Of a stretch of DNA of 64,000 nt, positions 46,697-58,092 are shown in pieces. A program made the position numbers and the translations under genes. The stretch lies in the NCBI GenBank assembly GCA_964642015.1, contig CAZXLF010000001.1:368168-432167 (forward strand), written 5' to 3'. This DNA is from an uncultured Planctomycetia bacterium (lineage in GTDB: Bacteria; Omnitrophota; Gorgyraeia; 2-02-FULL-51-18). Position 1 is the first letter of the stretch. Every line of letters starts with the position of its first letter. Below the pieces are notes generated by a model. The model did not search any database. It saw only the letters and a program-made list of their open reading frames with translations, and had not been told where the DNA came from.

Positions 46697-48163
46697 ATGC
46701 ACGAGATCAATGAGTTGATTAAAGAGCGCTTTAAAAAGCTCGAATCTATTAAAACAATGGGTGTTGACCCTTTTGGCGGCAGGTTCGCCAAGGAAGTGCC
46801 TATTTCTGAGCTTGTCAAAGGGTTCGAAGATCATCGGCAAGTAGTGACGGCCGGAAGATTGTCCGCAATACGTCTGATGGGCAAGACAACTTTCTGCGAC
46901 TTGAAAGATGACAGCGGTCTGGTACAGCTATACATTAAAGAAGCCAATCTAGACGCGGAACAATTCCGGCTATTTCAAAGTCTCGATATTGGTGACATTA
47001 TCGGAGTGGAGGGAGAATTTTTTAAAACAAAGACAGGGGAGATTTCCATCCGTGTGCATCGGCTTTGCCTTTTGTCGAAAAGTCTGAGGTCCATGCCGGA
47101 AAAATGGCACGGTCTAAAAGATGTCGAAATCCGTTATCGGCAGCGGTATCTTGACCTGATTTCGAATGACCAGACCAAAGAGATCTTCAAAAAACGCTCA
47201 TTGATCATTCGTTCCATTCGGCGAGTGCTGGATGATAGCGGATACCTGGAGGTTGAGACGCCAATGATGCATCCGATACCGGGCGGTGCGGCCGGCAAGC
47301 CTTTTAAGACGCATCACGAGGCGCTTGGCATCAATCTGTATCTGCGGGTCGCTCCGGAACTTTACTTGAAAAAATTATTAGTAGGCGGTTTCGAAAAAGT
47401 TTACGAGATCAACAAAAGCTTTAGGAACGAAGGTATTTCGACGCGGCATAATCCTGAATTCACGATGCTCGAAGTTTATACGGCCTATCAAGACGTTAAT
47501 GACGTGATGGCATTGACTGAAAAGATCGTCAAAAAGGCGGCGCAGGATGTCGTGGGTTCTCAAGTCTTGACTTTTGAAGACTACACGCTTGACCTCCGTG
47601 AATGGCGGAGGGTTTCATTCGCTGATATTATGAAGGAAAAATTCGGCATATCCCCGGAAGATCCCGTATCAGTTTGGATCGAAAAACTGAAAAAGAGTGG
47701 CGTCAAAATTTCTGGAAAGGACCTTTCAAGATCGCAGCTCGTGAATCTCGTAGGAGAAATGCTAGAACCCGGCTCTGATTTTTCAAAAAAAGACAATAAG
47801 CCTGTGTTTGTTACCGATTATTTTACCGAGCTTTGTCCGCTGGCCAAGAAAAGCAAAAAAAACCCGTTTATTAGCGATCGTTTTGAGCTTTATATTGGTG
47901 GAATGGAGATCGCTAATGGTTACTCTGAGCTGAACGACCCTATCGAACAGCGTGAACGGCTCACGGAGGAATTGAGGGAAAAGGGCAAAGAGAGCACTTA
48001 TGACACGTTGGATGAGGATTTTTTGACCGCCTTGGAGTATGGCATGCCTCCGGCGGGCGGCCTTGGCATCGGAATAGACCGTTTGGTGATGGTGTTGACA
48101 CACCAGCCGTCGATACGTGAAGTTATTTTATTTCCTCAGATGAAACCGGAGAAAGATTCATGA
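46697..48163 (+). CDS. lysS: Lysyl-tRNA synthetase, class II
   Basis: RYRQRYLDL, LRVAPELYLK, FRNEGIS.RHNPEFT, YGMPP.GG.GIGIDR. Confidence 0.98.
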   Translation: MHEINELIKERFKKLESIKTMGVDPFGGRFAKEVPISELVKGFEDHRQVVTAGRLSAIRLMGKTTFCDLKDDSGLVQLYIKEANLDAEQFRLFQSLDIGDIIGVEGEFFKTKTGEISIRVHRLCLLSKSLRSMPEKWHGLKDVEIRYRQRYLDLISNDQTKEIFKKRSLIIRSIRRVLDDSGYLEVETPMMHPIPGGAAGKPFKTHHEALGINLYLRVAPELYLKKLLVGGFEKVYEINKSFRNEGISTRHNPEFTMLEVYTAYQDVNDVMALTEKIVKKAAQDVVGSQVLTFEDYTLDLREWRRVSFADIMKEKFGISPEDPVSVWIEKLKKSGVKISGKDLSRSQLVNLVGEMLEPGSDFSKKDNKPVFVTDYFTELCPLAKKSKKNPFISDRFELYIGGMEIANGYSELNDPIEQRERLTEELREKGKESTYDTLDEDFLTALEYGMPPAGGLGIGIDRLVMVLTHQPSIREVILFPQMKPEKDS

Positions 48164-49341
48164 GTTATGAATGGATGATCGCCAAACGGTATATCTGGTC
48201 GAAACGCCGGCATCCATTTGTCGGTGTTTTGAGCACGGTCTCTGTTTTGGGGATCACGGTCGGTGTGGCGGCATTGATCGTGGTGTTGGCCGTGATGAAC
48301 GGATTTGATCAGGATCTGAAAAATAGGATTATTGGTACGCATGCGCATCTAGTCATAGAGAAAGAAGGATTTTTCGATAATTATCAGGCCGTATTGGCGG
48401 ATCTTGGGAAGATCTACCCGATCAAAGGAGCCTCGCCGTTCGTGGAAGCGCAGGCACTGGTCCAAAAAGATGAATGGGCAACGGGTGTTTTAGTGAGAGG
48501 TCTTGACCGGCAGAAAGAAAAAAATGTCACCCAGTTCAGCAATTATCTGAAAGAAGGGGCTCTAACGGACCGCGAGGACAGTGTAGTTGTCGGGTCCGAA
48601 CTGGCGAAAAGATTCCGTATCGGAAAAGGCGATATGATATCCGTTCTTTCTCAGGATTCCAAAAAACCTGTGAAATTGCATGTAGACGGATTTTTTAATT
48701 CCGGCATGTATGAATACGATGCAAATCTTATTTTTATGAACCTAGGCGCTTCACAGCGTCTTTTTGGATTGGGGAATACGGTCAGCGGAATTTCAGTGTC
48801 TTTGGATAATGCGGAAAAAGCCGATGAGGCAAAAAGAAAGCTGCAAACATCCCTGAAGTTCCCTTATTACGTCCGGACTTGGATGGACATGAATAAAACG
48901 CTTTTTGGGGCGCTTAAGCTCGAAAAGATAGTGATGTTCCTTATTTTGGCACTTATCGTGCTGGTAGCTTGCTTGAATATTGCGGGGAGCTTGACGATCC
49001 TTGTGATGGATAAAACAAAGGATATCGGGGTATTGAGGTCGTTGGGGGCGGCACCGGTAAATTTGGTACGGATCTTTGCGTTTGATGGACTTCTTGTTGG
49101 ATTTACGGGCTCTACAGCCGGTCTTTTGATAGGAACAGGGTTGTGTTTGCTGTTGCGTCGGTATTCTTTTGTGGATCTTCCTAAGGAAATATACTACATG
49201 GACAAATTACCGGTTCAGATGAACCTTTGGGACACGCTTTCGATTCTTTCGGTTGCTTTGCTGCTCAGCTTTTTATCAGCACTTTATCCAGCGGCCATGG
49301 CGGGGCGTTTGGAGCCTGTGAAGGCGCTGCGTTATGAATGA
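48160..49341 (+). CDS. lolE: Lipoprotein-releasing ABC transporter permease (LolC/E)
   Basis: GVAALIVVLAVMNGF, KTKDIGVLRSLGA, IYYMDKLP, EPVKALRYE. Confidence 0.92.
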   Translation: MSYEWMIAKRYIWSKRRHPFVGVLSTVSVLGITVGVAALIVVLAVMNGFDQDLKNRIIGTHAHLVIEKEGFFDNYQAVLADLGKIYPIKGASPFVEAQALVQKDEWATGVLVRGLDRQKEKNVTQFSNYLKEGALTDREDSVVVGSELAKRFRIGKGDMISVLSQDSKKPVKLHVDGFFNSGMYEYDANLIFMNLGASQRLFGLGNTVSGISVSLDNAEKADEAKRKLQTSLKFPYYVRTWMDMNKTLFGALKLEKIVMFLILALIVLVACLNIAGSLTILVMDKTKDIGVLRSLGAAPVNLVRIFAFDGLLVGFTGSTAGLLIGTGLCLLLRRYSFVDLPKEIYYMDKLPVQMNLWDTLSILSVALLLSFLSALYPAAMAGRLEPVKALRYE

Positions 49342-50065
49342 ATCGAAGTTATGCGAGGCTTCTCCAAAGTTAATTTCGCAGAAAAATGATGAAACAAGTA
49401 TTGAAGCTGTTGGTCTAAGCAAGGTATACTGGGATGGGGACCGAAGTTTAGAGATATTCAATGACATAAGATTTTCAGTAAAGGCGGGCGAAGGTGTCGC
49501 GATCCTTGGTCCATCGGGTTCTGGCAAGACGACTTTGTTGAACATTTTGTCTTGTTTGGATAAACCGAATACCGGAGAAGTAAGGCTGAACGGTGTTTTA
49601 GTGAACCGTCTCAGCGAAAAAGAAAAGGCTGAATTCCGCAATAAAAACATAGGATTTGTTTTCCAGTTTTATCATTTATTGTCGGAATTAACAGCGCTAG
49701 AAAATGTGATGCTGCCGGCGCTGATCAAAAAAAAGAACAGCTCGGCTTCGACGCTTCAGAGTAGGGCTGAGATTCTATTAAAAAGGGTCGGTCTCAGCGA
49801 GCGCATGCGGCATTTTCCGAGTGAATTATCCGGCGGAGAACAACAGCGTGTCGCCATTGCGCGCTCACTGATGAATGATCCTAAAATACTTTTTTGTGAC
49901 GAGCCGACTGGAAATCTTGATGCGCGGATAGGTTCCGAGATAGCCGAGCTTCTGCAGACGCTTTTTCGCGAAGAGGGTAAAACAGTATTGGTCGTGACGC
50001 ATGATGAAAGAATTGCTAGAATAGCTGATCGCGTGTGGGATATCGAAAAACGCGATTGGCGGTAA
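49334..50065 (+). CDS. lolD: Lipoprotein-releasing ABC transporter ATPase
   Basis: GPSGSGKT, IGFVFQFYHL, LSGGEQQRVAIAR, DEPTGNLD. Confidence 0.92.
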   Translation: MNESKLCEASPKLISQKNDETSIEAVGLSKVYWDGDRSLEIFNDIRFSVKAGEGVAILGPSGSGKTTLLNILSCLDKPNTGEVRLNGVLVNRLSEKEKAEFRNKNIGFVFQFYHLLSELTALENVMLPALIKKKNSSASTLQSRAEILLKRVGLSERMRHFPSELSGGEQQRVAIARSLMNDPKILFCDEPTGNLDARIGSEIAELLQTLFREEGKTVLVVTHDERIARIADRVWDIEKRDWR

Positions 50066-50076
50066 CAGGAGACAAA

Positions 50077-50976
50077 ATGGGCCTCAAAATATATTTAGAC
50101 GGCAAATTGGTCGATAAAAATGAAGCGGTGGTCAGTGTATTCGATCACGGTCTATTGTATGGTGATGGCGTGTTCGAAGGCATCCGTTCTTATGACGGGC
50201 TTGTCTTCAAACTCAGCGAACATTTGGATAGGCTGTTTGAATCCGCACGCACATTGAAACTAGATATCCCCCTGACCAAAAAAGCTCTGCAGGAAGCTGT
50301 TGTTGAAACCCTAAAAGTCAATGGTCTCAAAGACGCTTATGTGCGCCTGGTTGTAACGCGCGGTGTGGGCGATCTTGGCCTAGACCCTAGAAAATGCGAA
50401 AAGGCATCGCTTTTTATTATCGCCGACAAAATAAGCCTGTATCCCAAGGAATATTATGAAAAGGGTCTTGAACTTGTGACAGTTGCCACGATCCGCAATC
50501 ATCCGGAAGCTTTGAATCCGCAGCTTAAAACTTTGAATTATTTGAATAATATTCTGGCAAAGATCGAAGCGACGAATGCCGGTGTTAATGAGGCGGTCCT
50601 TTTGAATGTGCAAGGTTATGTGACTGAATGCACCGGAGAGAATATTTTTTATGTGAAAGGTCAGTCGGTTGTGACGCCACCGACTTACGTCGGAATACTG
50701 AAAGGCATTACTCGTGATGTGGTGATGCGTTTGTCGGCGGAACTTGGTCTCGGCGTGGAAGAGCGTCCGTTCACACGGCATGATCTTTATATCGCTGACG
50801 AAGTTTTTCTGACCGGTACTGCGGCAGAGATCGTGCCTGTGGTCAATATTGATAAAAGGATCATTGGTTTAGGGCGTCCCGGAAAGATCACGCATAAACT
50901 GATGACCGAATTTAAAAAACTGACGTCAAAAGAAGGTGTTAGATACGAGGTGACTGCCGCTCATGCTGTGCGATGA
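50077..50976 (+). CDS. ilvE: Branched-chain amino acid aminotransferase
   Basis: DHGLLYGDGVFEGIR, KTLNYL, ECTGEN, LKGITR, ADEVFLTGTAAE. SD AGGAG precedes ATG 50077. Confidence 0.96.
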   Translation: MGLKIYLDGKLVDKNEAVVSVFDHGLLYGDGVFEGIRSYDGLVFKLSEHLDRLFESARTLKLDIPLTKKALQEAVVETLKVNGLKDAYVRLVVTRGVGDLGLDPRKCEKASLFIIADKISLYPKEYYEKGLELVTVATIRNHPEALNPQLKTLNYLNNILAKIEATNAGVNEAVLLNVQGYVTECTGENIFYVKGQSVVTPPTYVGILKGITRDVVMRLSAELGLGVEERPFTRHDLYIADEVFLTGTAAEIVPVVNIDKRIIGLGRPGKITHKLMTEFKKLTSKEGVRYEVTAAHAVR

Positions 50977-51493
50977 ATGTGGGAAGAATAAGGCTACGGT
51001 GCATTTGACGGAGATCGTCAACGAACAGATCACCAAGCTGAACCTTTGCGAATCCTGCGCAAAGGAAAAAGGTTCGGATGTTGAACAGCACTTTGGCATA
51101 TCAGACCTTTTAACCGCGTTGTCGGATGTTGAAACGCCTCCGCAGACCACTGTCGCAGGCGCTTCTTCGGTCAAGAGCAAGTGCCCGCATTGCGGATTAA
51201 CATACGAGGATTTTAAGAAGATCGGAAGACTTGGCTGCAGCGAATGCTACACGGTTTTTAAGGCGAGCCTTGCGCCGCTGCTAAAAAGAATACACGGATC
51301 CAACCAGCATTTAGGTAAAGTGCCTAACCCTGTTGTTGTGAAAGAGCAGAAAGTGCTGTCTAAGATCCACGAGGAACTCGAGGTAGCAAAGGCTGAACTG
51401 CAAAAGTCCATTAAGAAGGAAGAATTTGAAGAAGCGGCTGCGCTTCGTGACAAGATAAAATTTTTAGAGAAAAAGATCAAAGATACTAAATGA
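50963..51493 (+). CDS. mcsA: McsA (zinc-finger/UVR activator of McsB)
   Basis: MLCDEC, LCESCA, CPHCG, GRLGCSECY, EEFEEAA.LRD. Confidence 0.95.
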   Translation: MLCDECGKNKATVHLTEIVNEQITKLNLCESCAKEKGSDVEQHFGISDLLTALSDVETPPQTTVAGASSVKSKCPHCGLTYEDFKKIGRLGCSECYTVFKASLAPLLKRIHGSNQHLGKVPNPVVVKEQKVLSKIHEELEVAKAELQKSIKKEEFEEAAALRDKIKFLEKKIKDTK

Positions 51494-52542
51494 AAGTCGA
51501 TCATCTTTTGAAGCAGACCTGTGAATGGCTGAAGGGCACAGGACCTAATTCCGATATCGTGATGAGTTCACGAATCAGATTGGCGAGGAACCTTGAGAAA
51601 CTCCCTTTCTCCCATTGGGCGACTAAAAAACAGGAAAAAGACACGCTTGAGAATCTTGAACGGATCGTGTCGGGAGCGGAAATGCTTGTCAGCGGTCTTA
51701 ATGTCCGCATGAACGAAGTTGACGACGTGGATAAACAGTTCTTGCTGGAAAGACATCTGGTCAGCCGGGAACATATCGTTCATCCGGATTTCAAGTCGGT
51801 TCTGATCGGCGAGAAAGAAGTCATTAGTGTGATGATTAACGAAGAAGATCATTTGCGGATCCAGGTCATGCAATCTGGTTTCAATCTTCAGGAATGCTGG
51901 AGGATCGCCAGCCGTTTGGATGATTCGCTTCATAAGAGAGCAAAATTTGCGTTCAGCTCTGAATGGGGTTATCTGACGGCTTGTCCGACAAACACAGGGA
52001 CCGGTCTTCGCGCTTCGGTAATGTTGCACCTGCCGGCACTTGTGATGACAAAACAGATCAGCCGCGTGCTTCATGCGATCACAAAACTCGGCATGACCGC
52101 GCGCGGGCTTTACGGCGAGGGCACCGAAGCGGAGGGGAATTTTTTTCAGATATCGAATCAGATCACAATGGGATCCGCCGAAGAAGATATCATTGATAAT
52201 CTTGAACGCATCATCCGTCAGGTAACAGGGCACGAAGAGAACGCGCGCAAGACGTTGATGAAGCAGAACCGTGAAGTGCTTCAAGATAAGATCTGGCGCG
52301 CGAATGGCACTCTCCGCAGCGCGCATATCATCAACACCAAGGAAACGATGGGGCTTTTATCGATGGTCCGGCTCGGTGTGGATATCGGGCTCATCAATGA
52401 CATCGACCGCCGCGCGGTCAATGAACTTTTTATATTGACTCAACCCGCGCATCTTCAAAAGATCGAAGGGCGTCTTTTGAGTTCAGCACAACGGGATGTG
52501 AAAAGAGCAAATTTGATCCGCCGGCGTTTGGAAGGCCGGTAA
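51490..52542 (+). CDS. mcsB: Protein arginine kinase McsB
   Basis: SSRIRLARN, INEEDHLRIQ, YLTACPTNTGTGLRASVMLHLP. Confidence 0.96.
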   Translation: MKVDHLLKQTCEWLKGTGPNSDIVMSSRIRLARNLEKLPFSHWATKKQEKDTLENLERIVSGAEMLVSGLNVRMNEVDDVDKQFLLERHLVSREHIVHPDFKSVLIGEKEVISVMINEEDHLRIQVMQSGFNLQECWRIASRLDDSLHKRAKFAFSSEWGYLTACPTNTGTGLRASVMLHLPALVMTKQISRVLHAITKLGMTARGLYGEGTEAEGNFFQISNQITMGSAEEDIIDNLERIIRQVTGHEENARKTLMKQNREVLQDKIWRANGTLRSAHIINTKETMGLLSMVRLGVDIGLINDIDRRAVNELFILTQPAHLQKIEGRLLSSAQRDVKRANLIRRRLEGR

Positions 52543-52575
52543 AAATTTTAGACATAATTAACGGAGACAAAAACC

Positions 52576-55044
52576 ATGTTCAATAAATTTACCGAACGCG
52601 CTCGCAAAGTTATTTTATTGGCAAAGCAGGAAGCCAAACGTTTCAATCATGATTATATCGGTACCGAACATATTTTGTTGGGGCTTTTGAGGGAAGGCGA
52701 AGGGGTTGCAGCCGCGGTTTTACAAAGTCTCGGCATGAATTTGAATAATATCCGCCTCGAAGTGGAAAAACTTGTCCAGATCGGCCCAACGACGGTTGTT
52801 TCCGGGGACTTGCCTTTTACGCCAAAAGCAAAAAAAGTCATGGAACTTGCGATGGAAGAGGCGAGAACGCTTGGGCATAATTATATCGGCACGGAACACC
52901 TTTTGCTCGGTTTGATACGCGAAGGCGAGGGCGTCGCGAGTCAGGTTTTTATGAATATGGGTTTGGACCTTGAAAAAGTCCGCGAAGAAGTCATCAAGCT
53001 TCTGGGTTCCACTACTCCCGGATCTCAATTTAGTCAACCGCCGGCATCGGGCGGCGGAAGCGGCCCGGTTTCAAAGACCAAAACGCCGGCATTGGATGCA
53101 TTTGGCCGCGATCTGACAAAATTGGCTAAGGAAGGCAAACTTGATCCCGTGATCGGCCGCGAAGACGAAATAGACCGCGTGATGCAGACGCTGTCACGCC
53201 GCAGAAAAAATAATCCTGTTCTTTTAGGGGAAGCCGGTGTCGGCAAGTCCGCGATCGTTGAAGGTTTGGCTCAGAAGATCATCAGCGGTGACGTGCCTGA
53301 GATCCTGAAGAATAAACGTGTGATCACGCTTGATCTTGCGCTGATGGTGGCGGGAACAAAATACCGCGGTCAGTTCGAAGAAAGGATCAAGGCGGTGATG
53401 GATGAGATCAAGCGCACCGAAAATATCATCATGTTCGTCGATGAGCTTCACACGCTTGTAGGAGCGGGCGGAGCCGAGGGCGCGATCGACGCCTCGAATA
53501 TTTTAAAACCGGCACTTGCGCGAGGAGAGATCCAATGCATTGGAGCGACAACGCTAGACGAGTACCGCAAATACATTGAAAAAGATTCAGCGCTTGAACG
53601 CCGCTTCCAGACGATCATGGTCGATCCGCCTTCGGTGGAAGAGACGATCCTGATCTTGCGCGGCCTGCGGGATAAATATGAGGCTCACCATAAGATAAAG
53701 ATCCTAGATGCAGCGTTAGAAGCTGCGGCGAAACTGTCGGACCGATACATTGCCGGACGCTTTTTGCCTGACAAGGCGATCGATGTGATCGATGAGGCCG
53801 GTGCGCACGCACGCCTGTCCACACACACGGCTCCGGCGGAAGTAAAAGAGCTTGAGAAAAAATTGGAACTTCTGAAACGCGAGAAGGAAGATACGATCAA
53901 GGATCAAGATTTTGAAAAAGCAGCGGCTTTAAGGGATCAGGAAAGGGAGTTGAGGCGTTTGGTCGATAAAACCAAAAAAGAATGGATGGAGTCAAGATCC
54001 TCTGTTGAGCTTGAGATCGGAGAAGATGAGATCGCCAAGATCATTTCCAAATCAACGGGCATTCCCATTTCCCGGCTTGAAGAAAAGGAAACGTCGCGTT
54101 TATTAAGGATAGAAGATGAACTGCGAAATCGTGTGGTTGGCCAGGAAGAAGCGATCGCGACGATTGCACAGGCAGTTCGACGATCTCGCGCAGGCTTAAA
54201 GGATCCGCGCCGTCCGATCGGGTCATTCATCTTCTTGGGTCCCACCGGTGTAGGAAAAACGCTTTTGGCGCGTGCGTTAGCTGAATTTATGTTCAATGAC
54301 GAAAACGCACTGATCACATTTGATATGTCGGAATATATGGAGAAATTCAATGTTTCACGTTTAGTCGGCGCTCCTCCGGGCTATGTGGGCTACGAAGAGG
54401 GTGGTCAGCTGACAGAGCGGGTAAGGCGTCGACCTTATTGCATTGTGCTTTTGGATGAGATCGAAAAAGCGCATCCGGATGTGTTTAATATGCTGCTTCA
54501 AGTTCTCGAAGAAGGGCGTCTTACGGATTCGTTGGGACGAAAAGTCGATTTCAGGAACGTGCTGTTGATTATGACCTCCAATATCGGAGCTGATCTTTTG
54601 AAAAAGCAGGGCAGTATCGGATTCAAAGCGCAGGAATTTTCAACCGATTACAAAGATATGAAATACCGGCTTCTTGAAGAGGTCAAAAAGACGTTCAAAC
54701 CGGAATTCATCAATCGCGTTGACGACATTGTTGTCTTCCAGAAATTGACAAAGGAAGATCTGTACAAGATCATTGACATCGAGATCGATCATCTGAGAAA
54801 GCGGTTGAGCGAGAGAGATATTGAGATACAACTCGATCAAAAAGCCAAAGATTTCTTGATCACCAAGGGTTTTGATCTGATGTACGGAGCGCGTCCATTG
54901 AGACGCACGCTTCAGAGATATTTGGAAGACCCGCTTGCCGAAGAAATAATCTCAAAAAAGATCAAACCTAACGAAATTATTCACGTTTCAGTGAAGGACG
55001 ATGATCATTTGATCTTTGAACAGGGTGCGAATATCAGGTCTTAA
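52576..55044 (+). CDS. clpC: ATP-dependent Clp protease ATPase ClpC
   Basis: Two Clp_N repeats, [11 protein letters not shown] coil ([10 protein letters not shown]), [11 protein letters not shown] loop. Confidence 0.97.
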   Translation: MFNKFTERARKVILLAKQEAKRFNHDYIGTEHILLGLLREGEGVAAAVLQSLGMNLNNIRLEVEKLVQIGPTTVVSGDLPFTPKAKKVMELAMEEARTLGHNYIGTEHLLLGLIREGEGVASQVFMNMGLDLEKVREEVIKLLGSTTPGSQFSQPPASGGGSGPVSKTKTPALDAFGRDLTKLAKEGKLDPVIGREDEIDRVMQTLSRRRKNNPVLLGEAGVGKSAIVEGLAQKIISGDVPEILKNKRVITLDLALMVAGTKYRGQFEERIKAVMDEIKRTENIIMFVDELHTLVGAGGAEGAIDASNILKPALARGEIQCIGATTLDEYRKYIEKDSALERRFQTIMVDPPSVEETILILRGLRDKYEAHHKIKILDAALEAAAKLSDRYIAGRFLPDKAIDVIDEAGAHARLSTHTAPAEVKELEKKLELLKREKEDTIKDQDFEKAAALRDQERELRRLVDKTKKEWMESRSSVELEIGEDEIAKIISKSTGIPISRLEEKETSRLLRIEDELRNRVVGQEEAIATIAQAVRRSRAGLKDPRRPIGSFIFLGPTGVGKTLLARALAEFMFNDENALITFDMSEYMEKFNVSRLVGAPPGYVGYEEGGQLTERVRRRPYCIVLLDEIEKAHPDVFNMLLQVLEEGRLTDSLGRKVDFRNVLLIMTSNIGADLLKKQGSIGFKAQEFSTDYKDMKYRLLEEVKKTFKPEFINRVDDIVVFQKLTKEDLYKIIDIEIDHLRKRLSERDIEIQLDQKAKDFLITKGFDLMYGARPLRRTLQRYLEDPLAEEIISKKIKPNEIIHVSVKDDDHLIFEQGANIRS

Positions 55045-55078
55045 GCTTTTGCGCTAAAGACCATTTGAGAGCTTCTCA

Positions 55079-56521
55079 ATGAAGATCGCCTTGGATATTA
55101 AGAAGGTCAAGCTTCGCACGGCCATCAGGATACTACTGGTCGCCCTGCTGATTGGTACGATATTTTTGGTCAATCACCGCAAGGATGTTTTTCTGAAAGA
55201 TTGCACGCAGTTACTGGAATCATCTTTGAGCCATGGGACCGATTACAAAGTTCATATTGGTAAGATCAGCGGCCGGTTACTGGGATCTGTCAGTTTCAGG
55301 GATATTTATGTTGAGGCGCCTTGGATGCCAGAAGGTGATGAATCCGTATTTCGCGCCGATGAGATCAGGTTCAATTATTATTGGCTCGATTTTTTCGCCA
55401 AAAATCCCAATTCCAAAATCGAGATTGTTGTGACCAAACCGGTGGTTTATTGGCATCCGAGCGTTGGGTTAAAGAAACCGGAATTTGCTGTATTCCGATG
55501 GGTCCGTGAATGGGCTGTTTCGCAGAGAAACCGATTTGTAATACGGCTTAAATCGATGACGTTGGTGCTTGGTTACCAGAAAAAGGAATTCAAAGGCATC
55601 AATATCAGTTATGCCGATAAAGTTTTACAGGCTGAGATCCCTTTTAGTCATCTCAAGATCGGCAGCTCGGATCTTTCTTCAGTGGTGAAGCTTGAGGGAC
55701 GTTTTAAATCCGGGCATTCCATGGCGGAAGATATCATCGTGGGTGAGATTACTACCGAAGGTACGGTGGTTAATTGGAAGCCGGTGGCTGAAGAAGCAAA
55801 GCTCGATTTTGAATTGTCCAGCGATAAATTTCGTGTGAGCAGTGTGAGCTTTTTGGGTGGCGCTGACGTTGCCGGCACGATCGAAACCGGAAATGACTAT
55901 AATATGGACTTTACTTTGAAAGCGCAAAATTATCCTTTGGCAAATGTTGCCGTTTTTTTTGGGTTTGAGAAGGCTGCCATGTCGCACGGCCGTATGGATA
56001 CCGTCACTCATCTTCATGGGAATATTTTGGCGCCCAGCATCGAAAGCCGGTGGAGAATTTACGAAGGGTGGTTGGGTAAACAGGCTTTCAAGGCTATGGA
56101 TGTGAGCGTTGAAGGCGTTTATCCCACTGTGCGTATTACGGATTCCAGAATACTTTTGGATGACGGATCGTCGATGCGCATTGCCGACAAGACTTTGGAA
56201 GTCAATGAGCTTTTTAAGGAAAAGACTTACAAAGCACTTGTTTCCGAAGCCGAACAGGATAAGGTGGTGTGGGGAGATTGGGAACTGAGCCGCCAGAATG
56301 GTAACGATGAGCGTCCCGAATTTATGATGCAAAGAAGTTTGGGAGACAATGCCAATGTTCATTTTACAAAATACAGCACAACTGACAAACCGCTTGAGAG
56401 CCGGGAAGGAAAGAACATGGAAGTAGGTTTTGAGTACAGACTTCGCGCGAAAGACTCGCTTAAATTCGAATTAAAAGACGACGAAGAATTCGTGGGGGTT
56501 GAAAGGAAGATGAAGTTCTAA
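55079..56521 (+). CDS. AsmA/TamB-like envelope protein (putative)
   Basis: N-terminal TM anchor followed by V.IGKISG.L, alternating beta-strand pattern, and C-terminal GVERKMKF ending in Phe. Confidence 0.55.
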   Translation: MKIALDIKKVKLRTAIRILLVALLIGTIFLVNHRKDVFLKDCTQLLESSLSHGTDYKVHIGKISGRLLGSVSFRDIYVEAPWMPEGDESVFRADEIRFNYYWLDFFAKNPNSKIEIVVTKPVVYWHPSVGLKKPEFAVFRWVREWAVSQRNRFVIRLKSMTLVLGYQKKEFKGINISYADKVLQAEIPFSHLKIGSSDLSSVVKLEGRFKSGHSMAEDIIVGEITTEGTVVNWKPVAEEAKLDFELSSDKFRVSSVSFLGGADVAGTIETGNDYNMDFTLKAQNYPLANVAVFFGFEKAAMSHGRMDTVTHLHGNILAPSIESRWRIYEGWLGKQAFKAMDVSVEGVYPTVRITDSRILLDDGSSMRIADKTLEVNELFKEKTYKALVSEAEQDKVVWGDWELSRQNGNDERPEFMMQRSLGDNANVHFTKYSTTDKPLESREGKNMEVGFEYRLRAKDSLKFELKDDEEFVGVERKMKF

Positions 56522-57300
56522 TGAAGAATGTGATTACCGGCTTCGGAAATTATTCGGTTCGGTTCGCCGAGTACCTCGGCGGCGCATTTTCTTTGTTCAT
56601 TCAGACATTATTTTGGATTGCGGTCCCACCGTTCAAAGCCAAGCATATTTATGAGCAGATGACGAAGATCGGTGTTGACTCCTTACCCATTTCCACGCTG
56701 ACAAGCTTCTTCATAGGTGTCGTGCTGGCATTTCAGAGCGCGTATCAGATGAAGAAGGTCGGAGCGCTGATGTATATTCCAAGCCTTGTTTCGGTTTCCA
56801 TGGCTCGCGAGATCGGTCCGGTGATTACGGCGTTGGTCGTTGCTGGCCGCGTCGGCGCGTCGATCGCCGCCGAACTTGGCAGTATGAAAGTGACGGAACA
56901 AATAGACGCTTTGGAAGCGCTGGCAACGAATCCCGTGAAGTATCTTGTAGCACCGCGATTCTTAGCATTATTTACGATGTTGCCGCTTTTGACGGTATAT
57001 GCGGATATTGTAGGGATTTTTGGAGGGTATTGTGTATCAGTATACAAATTAGGATTATCCCATACACTGTATCTCAAGATGAGCTTTGATCCGCTGGTTT
57101 TAAAGGATATTTTTACAGGTCTTTTTAAGACGCTGATTTTTGCCTCGATCATCTGTATTATTTCGTGTTTCGAGGGAATGAAGGTTTCCGGTGGTGCTGA
57201 GGGCGTGGGTGCGGCCACGACAAAAGCGGTCGTGACCTCATTTATTTTGATCATCGCATCCGACGCGCTGTTCACTATGATATTTTATTTTATTACTTGA
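56521..57300 (+). CDS. mlaE: MlaE-family ABC permease
   Basis: IGVDSLP, REIGPVITALVVAGRVGASIAAELGSMKVTEQIDAL, GVGAATT.AVV. Confidence 0.95.
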   Translation: MKNVITGFGNYSVRFAEYLGGAFSLFIQTLFWIAVPPFKAKHIYEQMTKIGVDSLPISTLTSFFIGVVLAFQSAYQMKKVGALMYIPSLVSVSMAREIGPVITALVVAGRVGASIAAELGSMKVTEQIDALEALATNPVKYLVAPRFLALFTMLPLLTVYADIVGIFGGYCVSVYKLGLSHTLYLKMSFDPLVLKDIFTGLFKTLIFASIICIISCFEGMKVSGGAEGVGAATTKAVVTSFILIIASDALFTMIFYFIT

Positions 57301-57301
57301 T

Positions 57302-58090
57302 GTGGATATGATCGAAGCTCGTCGCCTTGTAAAAGCGTTCAACAGCCATGTGGTTTTGGATAAATTGACTTTGAGCGTCAACAAAGGCGAAACACTTGTG
57401 ATCATCGGCCGGTCGGGCTGCGGAAAGAGCGTTTTTTTGAAACATTTGATGGGTATTGTTAAACCGGATAGCGGGGAAATATTGATCGATGGTGTAGATG
57501 TATCCGCTTTGTCTGCAAAACAGCTAAATGAGCTTCGGTTGCGTTTTGGGATGTTGTTCCAGGGTTCGGCGTTATTCGATTCGATGACGATCGGAGAGAA
57601 TGTCGGCTTTTCTCTCATAGAACATACAAATATGAGCCAGGCTGCGATAAACGAGCGCGCTGAAGAATCGTTGGATCTTGTCGGTTTGAAAGGTATTTCT
57701 GCTTTGAAACCTTCGGAGCTTTCGGGAGGAATGAAAAAACGCGCTGCTCTTGCGCGTGCGATATGCATGCGTCCCGAGATTTTGTTGTATGACGAACCGA
57801 CGACTGGACTTGATCCGATCATGGCCGATGCGATCAACGATCTGATCATCGAGATGCACGACAAACTGAACGTCACATCGATCGTTGTGACGCACGACAT
57901 GACGAGCGCCTACAAGATCGCGACACGCATCGCGATGATGTATCTCGGGAAGATTATTCAGATCGGGTCTCCGGAGGAGATCCGTAATTCGAAGGATCCT
58001 GTGGTTCAGCAATTCATTACTGGCTCTGCTTCGGGTCCGATCACGGATGCCCAATTCAAGAGTTTTGATCAAATACAAGGAGAAAGTTGA
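57302..58090 (+). CDS. mlaF: MlaF/Mkl-family ABC ATPase
   Basis: GRSGCGKS, GMLFQGSALFDSM, LSGGMKKR, YDEPTTGLDP. Confidence 0.95.
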   Translation: MDMIEARRLVKAFNSHVVLDKLTLSVNKGETLVIIGRSGCGKSVFLKHLMGIVKPDSGEILIDGVDVSALSAKQLNELRLRFGMLFQGSALFDSMTIGENVGFSLIEHTNMSQAAINERAEESLDLVGLKGISALKPSELSGGMKKRAALARAICMRPEILLYDEPTTGLDPIMADAINDLIIEMHDKLNVTSIVVTHDMTSAYKIATRIAMMYLGKIIQIGSPEEIRNSKDPVVQQFITGSASGPITDAQFKSFDQIQGES

Positions 58091-58092
58091 TC

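Noticed and set aside
51568-52326. 252-aa minus-strand ORF
   Set aside because: Entirely antisense to mcsB with no recognisable motifs; a shadow ORF.
55679-56362. 227-aa minus-strand ORF
   Set aside because: Antisense to the 480-aa + strand gene that is coupled to mlaE; no motif support.
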